Below, piece by piece: positions 1-15,089 of a stretch of DNA of 38,295 nucleotides (positions within the stretch are counted from its first letter, which is position 1; each line of letters starts with the position of its first letter). Source of the DNA: Ministeria vibrans ATCC 50519 (lineage: Eukaryota > Protista > Filasterea); NCBI GenBank assembly GCA_943704425.1, contig CALSCP010002431.1:195053-233347 (forward strand). Direction: 5' to 3'. The notes under the pieces are model-generated. The model had not been told where the DNA came from, did no database searches, and was given only the letters and a program-made list of their open reading frames with translations. Made by a program: the position numbers and the translations under genes.

Positions 1-1557
1 TGAGAAAAAAAAAAAAAAAAAGTCGACCAAATTGGGTGAAACAAATCGAAAGAGAATGGGCGCAGAAGAGTCTGGACTGTCCACACAGGGGACCATTGGC
101 AGCATTATATTGCTTTTTGGGGAAGGGATTGCAGTCAGAAGGACCGCACGGCGTTCTGTGCAAGCAAAAAAAAAAATCATTTTCGGCTGGTTGTTTGAGG
201 AAAAAAAAAAAGAAATGTGCAATCGCATCGTGGAGGGACGCCGGGCCACTTTTGAAGGTTGCAAGCTGCATTAAAACCCCATGTTGATCATATGATGACT
301 CCAGTTTCACTGTGATTCCGAGTCGGTTGTGGTTTTTGTGTGTGTGTTGTTTTATCGAGTTTTGTCGCGTTCAAATTTTCGCGCCCAGTTAGAACACGAC
401 TCTCCGCGCCACGCGCCGCCTCATTGCCCGCAAGAAGTTGTTTGGAATCAGACGTAGCGCAGGAGGAGAGAGGCGTCTGAGCACGAGTGCGTTGGATTTG
501 GGAGTTGTGTCCATTTTGGACTGCACTGAGATGCTTTGAAGCGTACGGCAGTGGCTGCGACGAACCTTACCGAATGGAAGGACACTAGAGTGTGCCTTGT
601 ACTCGAGAAAGTAGACCTGAAGTGAATCAGAAGTTGTGAAGTAAAAAATCACCGATAACAACATTCATTGATTGATCGGGCGACACGATGTGCTACAAGA
701 GGAGAAATCAGAACGGGCACTTGCCACTTGAGAAGTTGAGATGTAATCATGTGAATCGAGACAGGGATCAAGAATTCAAGATTCAAGAAAGAGGGCAAAG
801 TAAAAGAAAATCAATCGGATTCTCAATCGTTCTCGAGGAATGTAGTCGATCGCTTAACCTTATCAAGAGCACTATATATCTCATTAGTCAATGGGTTGCT
901 GAACTTGCTATAAACAGAATATGAGCTCATTAGGAAGAGTCAAGTCACTCAAGGAGTCAAGGAGAGAAAAAGAGTGTTGGGCTTGCAAAGTTTCTTCACG
1001 AAAGGAACACGAGAAAGTTGTTCTATTTATTTGATTCCTCTCTGTAATAGCTTGTAAAGAAAGCAGGAGTCAGGACACCAATCACACCATTATGGGCGGC
1101 CAAGTACAGTGGTAAGTTGTAATAATTAAAAATAAATAAAAAAGTGAAGACAATACTTCTATTTCTATTTCTGATTCGTTTCCCCCTCCGCACTTTGAGC
1201 CTTGATTATTTTTTATAAAGTCATTTTGTCATTCTGAGCTGCTTGCGTTGTTTTTTTCTGTTTGAGATTGCTAATAGACTGGAAATGCGTTCTCAGAGTG
1301 AAACTTACTAAATCATCACGAGATGATAAAACACAATACGTAAATTTTTGCAAGTAGTGAGAGAAAGAGTCTCAGTCATACAGCGGATTGAGTGCTCATG
1401 TCTTACTCTACATCATGCGGCTGATTTGATTAGAAACACAAACAACATTGCATATCGAGTGAAGATAATCGACAAACAAACGCATGGATCACGTTCATTA
1501 TATATAAAAACAAATCAGCCACGTATGGAGTCATCGCGATGTGACAGCTGAGCGGGC

Positions 1558-2154
1558 TCAATAGAAGGAATCAATAGAAGGAAAGTAAGCGTTACTTATG
1601 TTGTTGGCTGTGACCGGGTCAAGAGTCTCCAAAACGGGAACGGCGTTACCGATCGGCTCGTCGAGCGGCGGACCAATGACTTGGTACGCAGGAAAATAAA
1701 ACTGCTGCTCATGCAAAGCAATGAAGTCGTCCGTGTTCGTCGCATCTTCCTCCTCGCCGTACGCAGACTCCACCCCGGGAAGAGAATTGGAAGCCGTCTC
1801 CACGTGAGTATGAGGCGTCACAGTCACTTCGAACACAGGATTTCCCTTCCCCTCCTCGTCACCAGACTTCTTCTCTCCCTGCAGGTCCGTAGAATTCTCC
1901 TCTCCCTTCTCGTTCGTAGAATTCTTCTCTTCCTCCTCGTTCGTAGAATTCTTCTTTTCCTCCTCGTTAGTAAGATTCTCCTTTGCCTCCTCGTTAGTAG
2001 AATCCTCCCTCTCAGGAGCCATCTCCGCAGAATATTGGTTTTGAGACGTATTCGCTGCACCTGTATCACGCTTGACTGGGGCGCCGTTCTGAACGTTCGA
2101 CGAACAGGTATTTTCACTGTCTGAATGTGATTGGAAGAAATCAAAACAAGCCAT
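1558..2154 (-). CDS. Hypothetical acidic low-complexity protein with NSTNEEEEK-type repeats
   Basis: Open frame of about 198 codons from ATG 2154 (MACFDFFQ...) to TGA; 27-nt coding repeats keep the frame; no recognisable domain. Confidence 0.5.
   Translation of the reverse strand: MACFDFFQSHSDSENTCSSNVQNGAPVKRDTGAANTSQNQYSAEMAPEREDSTNEEAKENLTNEEEKKNSTNEEEEKNSTNEKGEENSTDLQGEKKSGDEEGKGNPVFEVTVTPHTHVETASNSLPGVESAYGEEEDATNTDDFIALHEQQFYFPAYQVIGPPLDEPIGNAVPVLETLDPVTANNISNAYFPSIDSFY
1880..2010 (-). repeat. About five degenerate 27-nt coding tandem repeats
   Basis: Units DSTNEEAKE / NLTNEEEKK / NSTNEEEEK / NSTNEKGEE / NSTDLQGEK. Confidence 0.8.
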
Positions 2155-2199
2155 AAGTAACTCCGCCAACTTCCCCGTGCTACAATGTAAATCGACTTA

Positions 2200-4130
2200 C
2201 TCATTGGGTTACTCATTGGGAATAGCCAATCCTTCCTCTTCCCGTCAGATTCAGTTTCGCTCTTCTACACCACACCAAATCAGTCAGAAACATCTGCAAC
2301 TTAAAAGTCCAACAAGATGTGCGCACTCCTATCTGCAACGGCGCCTCTCCTCCTTTTTCATTACTGCATCGGGCGTGAAAGCGACACAGTCCGAGCAGCT
2401 TTGCATTAAACATAATCAAGGCCCACTCGTGAAAAACAAACAATGCGCGCAAACTCAACAGCCGGCTGGTAGACGAGTCGCGAGTGACGATACAGCGATT
2501 CGCTCCTCGGTCAATTGCCACAAAATCTTCATCAAACGTGAATGAAGCGACACCAGCACCCATTCTAACAGGCGGCGTTTTCACAGTCTCCTCCAAGTGA
2601 AGCAGCTTTCTAACACGATTCGTGACCCACTGCATTGGACAGGGGCACAGGGGCGCGAAGCACGGACGCACGACACATTGTTGTGACGAAACAAAACAAA
2701 AAAAAAAGAGAAACCAGCGTCTAGCACCATAGTGCGCTTTGAAAATGCGCAAAAGGCTCATAGCCTCATAACATTCAAGCGACGATCGGCGAGCCACCGC
2801 AACGAGCGCTGCGGGAAAGATTTGACGCAGCGAAGAGTCTTTCCTAGTAGCAGAAGTTTGCGTGCTATGCGTGCAAGGCGCGTACAAGAGCAAAGGGAAA
2901 ACAAGCACTCGTTTATATTTGGGGAGCAAAAGAAGCAGATTCGCCCCAGCTGGGGATGAGAAAGGGCGTCGGCAAAAAGTTATCAACACAAAATATTCAA
3001 AAACTGGCGGGCTTCAGGCACACCATCAACGCAGCACTACCACAAAGAAGGAATAGCAAGGGCGGGATAATCGGTGCTTTCTCAAACCGCCCGACACGCA
3101 TTGGGGAACGATGTGGTGACTCGCGACCGGCACAAGCAATGAAAAAAAAAGAGAAAAAAAAAGAAGCCACAGGCAGAAGGCAGAGTGCGCTGAAACATCC
3201 CGTAACCAACACACACGCCATGCAAAACACATTCCATCCCTCACACCCGAGCGAAATGACAGCCCGTACTTACTTTTGAATACACCAAAAAAGTGGTTTA
3301 GCCAATAGCCAGCCTCAAAGACGTTCGAATTTCAATCTGTTGTGGAGCGGTCGGGGTGAGAGTAAGTGGGGGTAAATCACATAAATGCACGAGAGAAGTC
3401 GGGGGTGATGGTAGTTGTATCGAAAGATGCTTTTTTTTTTGGGGGGNNNNNNNNNNAAAAAGTACACGTGCAATGGCAAAGAGCACACGGTCGAGAGGGG
3501 GGGGGTTGAGAGTTCAGGGTTGAATAACAGCGAAATGGTGCAATGTGCCTCATGAAAGAAGGAGCAGGCCGAGTCGGCGTTAACAGCTTCGCCGCATATA
3601 CGTGGTGTATTACTGGGATCCCAGGTGCCACTTAGGGGGCGGGAGGTCGACATCACTGTCACAAATGGCGGGTAGGTTGGTTTCGCGCCCAAAGTAACTA
3701 ACAGTGTTCTCAACACAAAATACGTGACAAAAGGCGTTAAGCGCAGGTAAAAACCGTAACCACAGCAACTAGCACGTCGCAATACATTATATCAACAGAA
3801 AAGGTAGCGGTGCGCGTGACAAGGTGGATTTGGGGCCGAGTTGTGGCCGGTTGACTAAACGTTGGCATTTTCGCAATACCATTCATGCCACATGCAGCAA
3901 CACGCGCGGGAAGGTAGCTTTAAGCAACAGCATACACATGGGGGCGCGTGTGCGGGCTAGAAAGGCAAAAAAAGCGTGTGCGCGCGTTTGTCCAACGCGT
4001 CGGCGACTGGGTCAAGACAACACACCGTACCAAAAAAAGTATGCGCCTGGCCAGGCCAATAACCCCTCGTGTAGCACTATTAAGCAAAGAGACGTCATAT
4101 TTACGGGGAAAGCGACAAGAAAAATGATTT
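2200..4130 (-). ncRNA. Putative spliced non-coding transcript or long intron-containing 5' UTR (snoRNA-host-like)
   Basis: Pyrimidine-rich start near 4130; donor G|GTACGG at 4030; 63-nt exon 3336-3274 (ACAG|...|GTAAGT) with stops in all three frames; acceptor TTGCAG| at 2294; long non-repetitive introns with hairpins. Confidence 0.35.
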
Positions 4131-4581
4131 TTTTTTGAAAATTTGAATTTCAAAATGATTATCAACGGAAAAAACGAAGAAAGTGTTTGTGAAACGCCTG
4201 GATTCAAATATATCTGTATGTCCTGAGGAAAAGGCCAAAAAATATGTTTCTGTTACATTATGTTTGGGAATTCTGACCTTTGCGTCGTTGCGTCGTGTCT
4301 TGTTTTGGCGCTGGGTTTGTCAATGAGGTATTCTATTCGAAATTCTATTCACCATAATGAGAATAATTTTTACTGTAACGGAAAAGAAATGATAAAAATA
4401 ATGATGAATGAATGAAGGGTAATACGATGTTCTTGCCATCGGCTAGCCCCAAGAATCAAGATGAATTTAGATGATGGAGCGCTTATAGAGTATAGACCCA
4501 CATTATTATTGGAAGTGAAAAAATATTAATTTTGTAAGCTCAAAGGGATACACTTTGATACAAAGAAGAAATGGTTTATTG

Positions 4582-5803
4582 TTACAAAGTAATGTTAACG
4601 GATCTCAGCGCATCCACAACCCAGGCGGGCACCTGTCCGTCGGGATGGCGTTTCGCAACAAACGACTGGACGTAGGTGGGAAACTCGTCGGCAAGAATGG
4701 CCTCGCGCATTTCGCGGAGGAGGCGCAGGTTGAAGGAGACGTTATGGATGGTGAGAAGATGACAGGCGGTCGTCTCGTGCGTGGCAATGGTGTGCAGGTA
4801 GGCGCGCGTATAGTGTTTGCAGGTGTGACAGGGGCAGTCGGGATCGATGGGTGAGAGGTCGTCCTCAAAGGCCTTGTTCTTGATGGCAAGGCTTCCGCTC
4901 ATGGTCAGCGCATTACCAAAGCGAGCGGTGCGCGTTGGAAACACACAGTCGAACATGTCGACGCCAAGCGCAACGCACACGACTAAATCCAGAGCGTAGC
5001 CAACTCCCATGAGGTATCTGGGCTTGTCCAGCGGCAGCTCGCGCGTGCACTGGTCGACCACACGCCAGAATTCCTCCTTCTTTTCGCCGCCACTGAGACC
5101 TCCAATGGCATAGCCGGGTAAATCGCGCTCGACAAGGGCGCTAATGCTGCGCGTGCGCAACTGCAGGTCGAGCCCGCCCTGCACAATGCCAAACAGGTTC
5201 TGCTCGTGTGGTCGAGCGTTGGCGCCGATGCAGCGGTCAAGCCAGCGAATGCTGCGCATCATGGCCTCTTCAACACGCTCACCCGTCGTCAGCGAACTCA
5301 CCACGTCGTCCAGTTGCATCATAATGTCCGCACCAATGGCATTTTGGATCTGGATGGATCGTTCGGGCGTGAGCAGCATCTCGCTGCCGTCGCGGGGCGA
5401 GTTAAAGCACACGCCTTCCTCGGTGATGCGTGCCAACTGTAACAGCGAGACCATCTGGAAGCCTCCGCTGTCGGTGAGCAGCCCATGCTTCCAGTTCATG
5501 AAGCGATGCAGTCCCCCAATCTTTTGCAGGTTTTCCGTGCCCGGCCGCAGCTCCAGGTGGTACGTGTTGCCCAGGGCCATGCGGCAGCCGAGATCCGACA
5601 GCTGCTCGGCCGTGAGACCCTTGAGCGTGCCTTGCGTGCCGACAGGCATGAACACAGGCAGCTCGACATCCTTTGGGGTTGGTTGCGGTGAGTGGACGCG
5701 CGACAAACCCTCGTTGTTCACTTACTGCATGCGGTAAACTCAATACAGCCGCACGAGCACGTGTTGTGCTGCACCGTGCAATGACGTTGAGTTTGAGCGC
5801 CAT
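4582..5803 (-). CDS. QTRT1: Queuine tRNA-ribosyltransferase catalytic subunit (2 exons; intron 5671-5725)
   Basis: [60 protein letters not shown] and CPCHTC zinc site; GT-AG intron joins [11 protein letters not shown]...LPHA to DVELPVF. Confidence 0.96.
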
Positions 5804-5909
5804 GTGAAAAAAAAAAAAGGAATGAATGAAGTCATTCGTCAAAGATGAAAGATTATTCATCGCGAAAATCTAAATGAGTGAACTAAATCATCAGTCTAAT
5901 TCACTCTCA
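5804..5909. promoter_or_regulatory. Very short bidirectional promoter QTRT1/MBTPS2
   Basis: Only 106 AT-rich nt between divergent ATGs. Confidence 0.6.
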
Positions 5910-8482
<2,573 letters not shown>

Positions 8483-8561
8483 TAGATACAATAATAGAAT
8501 AATATTATAAGATAAAACAAAGACGTCATGTTATAAATGTTCACTCGGGCTTGTCAGGGTA

Positions 8562-9253
<692 letters not shown>

Positions 9254-9556
9254 GATTGGGGATGAATCTAAAAGAGTGACTCAGAGTTTATGTAAAACTG
9301 TGAAACAAGTTTAATTGAATTGGTTTTGTACAGTGTCTTGTTTTGACATTAGACATTAATAAGAGTTAAGTCATAAGTCAATATAAAGTCATAATGGCAA
9401 TTTATTGGCATTTGGCAATTTGACATTGGTATTAACATTGCTCAATTCTCTCTTATTACATCACCTTCTCCTTGATCTTTTATTCCTATTAATCCTATTC
9501 ACTATTAATCATTTTCTTGTTAAGGTGACTTGTTGTCGTCTTAGTCATAGTCCATC

Positions 9557-11391
9557 ATGAGCTCTTCAAAAAACACTCCAAATTTTTGTACAGACTGAGA
9601 GTGGTGTTTTTTTTTTCATTTTCGGTTCATTTCGTTTTTTCCGTCGCTCTCTTTCCGCTGTCGTTCCCTCGCGCCATCCTTCATACTGTGCAACTTATCC
9701 GTCTCTGTTTTGTTCTTGTTCGTCTCTCTCGCTCGCTCTCTGCAGCGTTTGACTACGTTTCGCGCAATCCGGTCGATGACGAGCTTCTGTGCCACATTTG
9801 CCATCAGCCGCTCGTTGACCCGCGAATGCTCGCCTGCGAGCACATGTTCTGCGCCGTGTGCCTGCAAAGCGCCCTCGCCCAGAAGCACGCGTGCCCCGTC
9901 GATCGGAAGCCCGTCGTGCCGCAGGAAGACGTCAAGCCTGTGGCGAGTGCCGTGCTCAAACTACTGGGCAAGGCCAAAGTGTACTGCTCGAACAAAGCCA
10001 GCGGATGCGACTGGGTTGGGCCTCGCAGCAATCTGCTGACGGACCATTTGCCCGGCTGTGATCAGACGCCATGTGCCCATCGCGAGGCGGGGTGCAGCTG
10101 GACCGGGCGAGCACAGGCGATGGCGGCACATGTTGCGTCTGACTGTGTCGCCGCACCCGTCGCCTGTCCACACGTCCGCGACGGTTGCACAGAGAAGGTG
10201 CGACGAGACGCACTGGAGGAACACGAAGTGTCGTGTGAAGTTGGCGCGCGAGTGCACGCGGAGGCGATGGTGCGCGAAGAGGCGGAGCGAGCGGAGGCCA
10301 AGGCGGCGGCGGTACGAGAGGCGCACGAACGACGTGTCGAGGCGCGCAAGGCGCTCTGCAGCCGACTCAACCCCAAGAGTACAGAAGTGGTGACGATGAA
10401 CGTTGGCGGACGTGTCTTTCAGACTTCCCTTGCGACACTGCGTGGCGAGTCAGAGTCAGTGTTGGCGCAGCTGTTTGCCTCGGGTGAGGTGGACGTGCTG
10501 GAGCGCGACGAGACAGGCCGCGTCTTCCTCGACTGCGACCCGGACGCGTTTGCGCTTGTGTTGCGGTGGTTGCGCGCAGGAGTGGTTCCGATTGTCACGA
10601 GCGAGACGACACTTGACAATGTCATGAGTCTTGCGCGTCTGCTGGACCTCGACCGACTTGTGGTTGGCCTCGGCGGTGAGCTGAGTGATGACGAGGCGGA
10701 GGATGAAGAGGAGAAGGGTATGTCGACGGTGGTTTCTGTANNNNNNNNNNNNNNNNNNNNNNNNNNNNNNNNNNNNNNNNNNNNNNNNNNNNNNNNNNNN
10801 NNNNNNNNNNNNNNNNNNNNNNNNNNNNNNNNNNNNNNNNNNNNNNNNNNNNNNNNNNNNNNNNNNNNNNNNNNNNNNNNNNNNNNNNNNNNNNNNNNNN
10901 NNNNNNNNNNNNNNNNNNNNNNNNNNNNNNNNNNNNNNNNNNNNNNNNNNNNNNNNNNNNNNNNNNNNNNNNNNNNNNNNNNNNNNNNNNNNNNNNNNNN
11001 NNNNNNNNNNNNNNNNNNNNNNNNNNNNNNNNNNNNNNNNNNNNNNNNNNNNNNNNNNNNNNNNNNNNNNNNNNNNNNNNNNNNNNNNNNNNNNNNNNNN
11101 NNNNNNNNNNGCGCGAACCTCACTGGCGCGACGATTGACTGGTCGCGCATGGCCAACACACTCACTGGAGTCAATCTGTCAGGTCATGACCTCTCAGGCG
11201 TTGACTTGTCCTCGAAGGATTTGACTGGCGCGAACCTCACTGGCGCGAACCTCACTGGCGCGAACCTCACTGGCGCGAACCTCACTCGCGCAATTCTTAC
11301 CAACGCAAATCTCACCAGCGCAACTGTGACAAATGTGACACCTCCTTCGCCACTTAAATGTCCATACTGTGGTGGCCTTCTGCCACTGTAA
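9557..11391 (+). CDS. RING + TRAF-type zinc fingers + KCTD-type BTB + pentapeptide-repeat protein (intron 9588-9745; assembly gap inside)
   Basis: C3HC4 [17 protein letters not shown]; [18 protein letters not shown]-zf motifs; [41 protein letters not shown]; ANLTG repeats. Confidence 0.85.
11111..11325 (+). repeat. 15-nt pentapeptide coding repeat (GCGAACCTCACTGGC)
   Basis: Exact tandem copies next to the N gap, which probably hides more units. Confidence 0.85.
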
Positions 11392-12021
11392 TTAAAACCA
11401 CTGTCGAGAGTTCCTCCCGAGACCGAAACGATGCCTACGTGAGCTACGGTTGGTTGTGGGGCACTTGTGCCTCTCACTCAAACAACACTCTTTTCTAATG
11501 CACACATCTTCTGAATATACAAATCACACTCAGTGTCTCGTCTGTAGTTTTTTTCTTCTTTTCTCTTTTTTTTTTTCTTTTTTTCTCTCCCGCTCTTTTT
11601 TTCTTCTTTGTGTGTCCAGTTTCACACACACATTTTTTTGTTATGTATTCAAGTGATTCAGGTTTTCAGCCATTCTTGATTCTATCATTCACTCATTCTG
11701 AGCTGCTTGTGTTGTTGTTTTTTCGTTTGTGCAAGTGATAATCACTTAATTTTTTTTCTTCGATTAGACTGATCAAAAAAAATCGATTAAAATCGATTTT
11801 TTTCTTGGATTTGCCCTTTCCTGTGTCAAAATTTGGTGGTGATATCGCCAAAATTGACACCGCAGCGACCAAATGCCGCTCAATTCTTCTTAGTAGCTAA
11901 TTGGGAACCGGTGTTGTTTTTTGAGTCACATTTTATTATAATTTCTTGACTACTTGGTAATTTTTGTGATTTGTAATGTTTTCTATTTTCACTCAGTCTC
12001 TCTCACACCCTAGACGGCTCT

Positions 12022-14966
12022 CTACTGCTGGCCACTGACCATGACATCGTCAATCTTGAGAATGCTCTTGACAAGCTGGGTTGCAAGGAGGAACTGCTGC
12101 TTCTTGCCACGGAGCGTCTCGACGACGTGGAGCTCGCGCATGTCGTTGGTGCCCTTGCCGAGACAGTCGACGCCCAAACGCGGGTTCTTGGTCTCAATCT
12201 GTCGGCTCTTGATGTCCGTCACTGTCTCAATGGGCGACAGACCCGAGTTTTCAGCCAGTGCCATGGGGGTCACTTCAAGCGCATCAGCAAACGCACGCAT
12301 AGCGTACTGTTCCACAGTAGATGTCTAACAACCGAAAGCAGAGCAATTAGTAAGAAGGTGAGCAAGTTTTAGTGCGCGTGTGTGTGTGTGTGTGTGCGGA
12401 AAAGAGAGGGAATGAGAGAAAGCCACTCCAAAAAAACGGTGAGTGTTTGTCGTACGGTGTCCGCGGCATCGTGCACGGCCAAGGCACAGGCGATCTCAGG
12501 AGCACCGCCGCCGTAGACAATCTTGTCGTCGGTGATGAGGTTGCGCACCACACAGAGTGCGTCGTGAAGCGATCGCTTGATTTCCTCAATGATCATCTTG
12601 TTGCCACCACGCACAAAAATCTGATGTGAGAATAAGGAGTGTCAGTCAGAAGGCGAGTATGAGTGCCAGTGAGAGTCAGAGTGTGATGGGTAAGAGTCAG
12701 TGCCAGAGGCAATGTGCGTAAGTCTGTTGAGAGAAGGTGGTGTGCGTACAGTGACTGCGCGAGTGTTGTGGCACCCCTCAATAACGAGCATTCGGTCTTT
12801 GGTCGTGCCAAACGTCAGCTCACGCACTTTCCCTGCCTTGCCCAGCTTCTCAGCTGTCAGCTCAGCAAAACGAGGCACGATGCGACCACCAGTGGCAATA
12901 GCAATCAACTAACAGAAAGAGAGAGGAAGAAAAAAAAAAAAACAAAGCGATGAGAAAGCGAGAGAGAGAGAAAAAGGCATTAGAACACAAAGTGATAGAA
13001 AGAGAGTCACACACATACACCATAACGCACACACAGGGCTTACCTCAATCTCAGGGCCGCCGACCCAACGGACAGCGGGAAGGTCATGGGTGAGAAGCAG
13101 GTGGTTGGCCTCGTCGTCGAAGCCCCACTGGCAGATGACCAGGTTGGCGCCCGTTGCCTTGACCTCGTCAACCATCTTCTTGAATGTCTCCTGCTCGTAC
13201 GCCAGCAGTGCTTTGTACTCGTCGACGTTGGTCACGTCGATCGTTCCCTTCGTCTTCGGTTTAGGGGGCTCAAACGGGCATGTCAAAATCGCAATGCGTG
13301 CGTCATCAATGTTCTTGGCCATCTAGGGACATGACAAAACGTATGAGATTATTAATAATAATTATATTATATAAATAAGGTTTCAAACGTGTACCTGTGG
13401 GTGACTCATGTCCTTGTCAATGACCACTCCCTGGACCAGTCGTGTGTCCTCCATGGACCCGCCCACCTTGCCGTCCATCTTGATCAGCTCAAATGACACG
13501 TCGCGTCGATCCAGATCAGCCACTGACATCACTGCGTCCACTGCAATCTGTGCCATCTGATCGTGACACTTGCTCACACTTCACACAGACGAAAACAAAA
13601 TGTCAACGTGGCTCTTCTCACCCTTACTCTCAATCACTTGTTTCTTTCTCCTCTCTCTCTCTTTCACTTTGTTTTTCTACCCCCCCCATGCCTTCAGCGT
13701 GCTTGTTGAAGCCTGTCCGCTTCTTGTCCCTTGGAGCCAAGCGTGGTCTTGGCAACGTTGAGGAGCGGTTGAAGGTTGTCCTTGGAGATGGGGACACTGT
13801 CGCTGATCTCCTCGAGCTTTTCCGTCGCCACTGTGCACGCCATTTCAAATCCCTCTGCGATACGCGTCGGGTGGATGCCTCGGTCAATCAGTTGCTACAA
13901 ACAACAACAGCGAAAAACACACACACACACACACTTAAAAGACGAGAAAGAAAGAGACAATGCGTCTTACCTCCGACTGCTCCAAGAGTGCACCGGCAAG
14001 CACAACAACACCAGTCGTTCCATCGCCAATTTCGTCGTCCTGTGCCTTGCTCAGCTCCACGAGAAGCTTGGCAACGTCATGGCGCACGTCCATGTGCGCC
14101 AGGATAGTCGCACCGTCGTTGCTAATGGACACATCGCCATCGGGACTGACAAGCATTTTATCGAGACCTAACCAAAAAAAAACACACACACACACGAACA
14201 CAAGGGTGAGGGGAGGGCAACGTAGCACGGAGAGCGGGAGAGAGGAGCACAGCAGACAGCGTTTGGACCCACAGAGACGTTTGATGATCGGTCAGCTAAG
14301 CCCAAAAAGCGAAAAATAAAAATAGCAAACGATGGGGTTCGAAGCAGAGTCCAGGCGACACGGTAGGATGCCTAACGAAAGCATAGCAAGCGACTGCTCG
14401 AACTGCCATGGCGCTGAAGGGTCAAGTTTTTTCCAACATGTGCCAGTGAAACAATATGGCGACGCACACAACAAAAAAAAAACCCTCTCGACGCGCACTC
14501 GCTTGCTTGCAGGGCGTCGAGCACACAGCCACGCTCAGCGGTGGGCCTCGGCGGCGGGGAGGGCCCGGGCGAGACGGCAAAGCCTCCAGAACGATGACGT
14601 GTTTCGAGTGGTTCGCCAGTCAAAAAAGGAGCGACGCGAAATGCCAAACGAAAAAGTATCATCAAAAAAACACGGTGTGTTGGCCTTCGTCCAGTCGCTC
14701 CAGCAACCCTGCCCCGCGTGCACNNNNNNNNNNAAAAAAAAAAAAAAAAAAAAAAGAAGAAGAGAGCGGCATTTGGGGAGCAGGAAGACACAATAGAGCG
14801 CGTAGTGCATACCCTTGGGTCCGAGAGACGAGCGAAGGGTCGTGGCGACGGCCTTGGCCGCCATAATGTGCGACTTGACTGCCTCAGTGCCTGTCAGACG
14901 CATCTCCTGGTCCTGCTCGCGGATCACAATGAAAGGCCTGCCATACTCGTCGAAGGCGAGAGACAT
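12022..14966 (-). CDS. CCT5: T-complex protein 1 subunit epsilon (multi-exon)
   Basis: [19 protein letters not shown]-terminus, SLGPKG|[42 protein letters not shown]. Confidence 0.97.
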
Positions 14967-15089
14967 GGTGTGTATTTATATATAATCGGAAAGAGAAAGA
15001 TAAAGATGATTGAGATTTTATATGACTTTGGTGTCTGGTGAGATGAGTGAGTAAACTGCATTTAATCAACGTTCTTTCACTTCTTTGTC

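Noticed and set aside
389-664. 91-aa minus-strand ORF
   Set aside because: No recognisable domain or convincing gene structure.
2197-2220. 12-nt tandem duplication TTACTCATTGGG as a transposon footprint
   Set aside because: Single duplication with no element evidence.
4582-5803. Functional link between QTRT1 and the permuted tRNA
   Set aside because: Queuine modifies GUN-anticodon tRNAs, not Arg(UCG), and the loci are 23 kb apart.
14330-14410. GTTCGA T-loop-like motifs and an RNase MRP/P-like ATGGGGTTC
   Set aside because: No flanking T-stem and no matching P4 partner strand found.
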